Part shown: piece by piece, positions 4,727 through 5,570 of the stretch
Position numbering within the stretch: position 1 is the first letter of the stretch
Layout: the number at the start of each line of letters is the position of its first letter
Origin: Candidatus Iainarchaeum sp.
GTDB taxonomy: Archaea > Iainarchaeota > Iainarchaeia > Iainarchaeales > CSSED10-239
Reading direction: 5' to 3'
NCBI GenBank assembly: GCA_937968065.1
Contig: CALBUD010000008.1
Span: 1-5,570 of the forward strand
Length of the DNA: 5,570 bases
Translations under genes and position numbers: made by a program
The notes under the pieces: generated by a model
What the model was told of the DNA's origin: nothing
Database searches by the model: none
What the model saw: the letters and a program-made list of their open reading frames with translations, nothing else

Positions 4727-4739
4727 AAAAAAATAAAAA
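4727..4739 (-). terminator. Oligo-T tracts (T5-A-T7 on the - strand) directly after the hydrolase stop codon
   Basis: The - strand reads TAA TTTTT A TTTTTTT AAAAAA, starting at the stop (4742-4740). TATA-like tracts follow (for example TTATATTTATAAAA, about 4689-4676 on the - strand), so the permease may have its own promoter. Confidence 0.3.
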
Positions 4740-5489
4740 TTACATGTATTTTTTAGGATGAACTAATAATCTTATAACAGTCCCGTAATGTCCGCTATTT
4801 TTATTTATATCAAGATTAAGTTTTATTTTATTATCTTTTAAAATTTTAATTAATTTTTTTGAACTTTCGTATTTAGTTAAAACATCTCTTTTTGAAATTA
4901 ATAAAGTTAATTCAGTATCTTTTAAATTTTTAATATTTTTGTATGGAGATAAAGAAGCCCATTCTCTTTCAAGTTTTTCTAAAGATAAATTATTATTTAT
5001 GAAATATTCTTTTAATTTTTCTGTACTATATCCTGACCAAATAGAATCTGCTAAAGTATATCCTGGTGCTGCAAGAATAACTTTGTTTATATTTTTATTC
5101 ATTACAGCTGTATTAAAAGAATATAAACAACCAAGACTAATTCCAAAAATATATATTTTTTTAAAAGAATATTTTTGTTTATAATAATTAACATCATCTG
5201 AAATTGTTTTAATTACATTATCCATATATCTTTTTGTAGATTTATAATCTGCAGATAAAACATGTGGATGTATATTATATGTTAGATAAGAATAATTTTT
5301 ATTTTTAATTCTATATCTTAAAACAGAAGTTGCAAATCCTCCAACATGCCAAGGAGGACAAAAAATACAAAGAACTTCTTTATCTCTAATAATTATTTTT
5401 TTTTTAATATAATTTTTTAAAATTACCTTTTTATTTAGGTTGTGATTACTTGTGTAAAAAAAATGAATCAATTTATCTAAATATATCAT
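4740..5489 (-). CDS. Alpha/beta-fold hydrolase (serine esterase/lipase-like), subfamily unassigned
   Basis: 249-aa ORF with a G-x-S-x-G nucleophile elbow, GISLG (Ser118, codon at 5136-5138). A candidate acid lies in SKRDV (Asp202) and a candidate base in NSGHYG (His234). This gives the Ser-Asp-His order and spacing typical of the fold. A strand-loop CIFCPPWHVGG precedes these at the usual oxyanion-hole position. Confidence 0.7.
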   Translation of the reverse strand: MIYLDKLIHFFYTSNHNLNKKVILKNYIKKKIIIRDKEVLCIFCPPWHVGGFATSVLRYRIKNKNYSYLTYNIHPHVLSADYKSTKRYMDNVIKTISDDVNYYKQKYSFKKIYIFGISLGCLYSFNTAVMNKNINKVILAAPGYTLADSIWSGYSTEKLKEYFINNNLSLEKLEREWASLSPYKNIKNLKDTELTLLISKRDVLTKYESSKKLIKILKDNKIKLNLDINKNSGHYGTVIRLLVHPKKYM

Positions 5490-5570
5490 TTATTATCTCT
5501 TTTTTATTTCTTTTAAAAATTTATTGTTTAATCATTTATTTAATATTAATACATAAAATATATAAATTAG

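Noticed and set aside
4939-5184. 81-aa + strand ORF antisense to the alpha/beta hydrolase.
   Set aside because: It is fully embedded antisense within a CDS that has a clear catalytic triad. It has no RBS and no motif, and its open frame is what you would expect from the complement of AT-rich codons.
1-5570. I looked for CRISPR repeats, IS or transposase remnants, integrase genes, tRNA genes, riboswitch-like GC-rich stems (especially in the 158-nt permease leader, 4582-4739) and toxin-antitoxin-sized gene pairs.
   Set aside because: I could not find regularly spaced repeats, inverted terminal repeats or GC-rich stem-forming segments. The permease leader is almost pure A/T, with no PyrR-type or purine-riboswitch-like conserved core visible.

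Overview
This is a very AT-rich, gene-dense prokaryotic window (roughly a quarter G+C by eye, not computed). I can support six CDSs, and all six end in TAA. I see no tRNA or rRNA, no CRISPR array, no transposase or integrase, and no GC-rich island that would suggest a structured RNA. On the + strand there is an archaeal-type endonuclease IV-like TIM-barrel protein (98-949). There is also a long-form (~400 aa) CofE / F420-ligase-like protein (1453-2643), followed 31 nt later by an orphan, very basic coiled-coil protein (2675-3439). On the - strand there is a small C4 zinc-ribbon protein (959-1246), an NCS2 uracil permease (3442-4581, true N-terminus probably further upstream) and an alpha/beta hydrolase (4740-5489). 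Two convergent gene pairs abut with gaps of only 9 nt and 2 nt. The endonuclease IV variant, a GTGAT-type ribosome-binding site and oligo-T tracts after stop codons suggest a low-GC, small-genome archaeon (DPANN-like), but this is inference only. The best candidate for something undescribed is the pair formed by the divergent CofE-like amide ligase and the orphan basic protein, since no F420 genes are visible nearby. A second item worth checking is the permease: its conserved TM1 segment is open upstream of the called ATG, yet no ATG, GTG or TTG start is available there. None of the family assignments could be checked against databases; all rest on motif recognition by eye.
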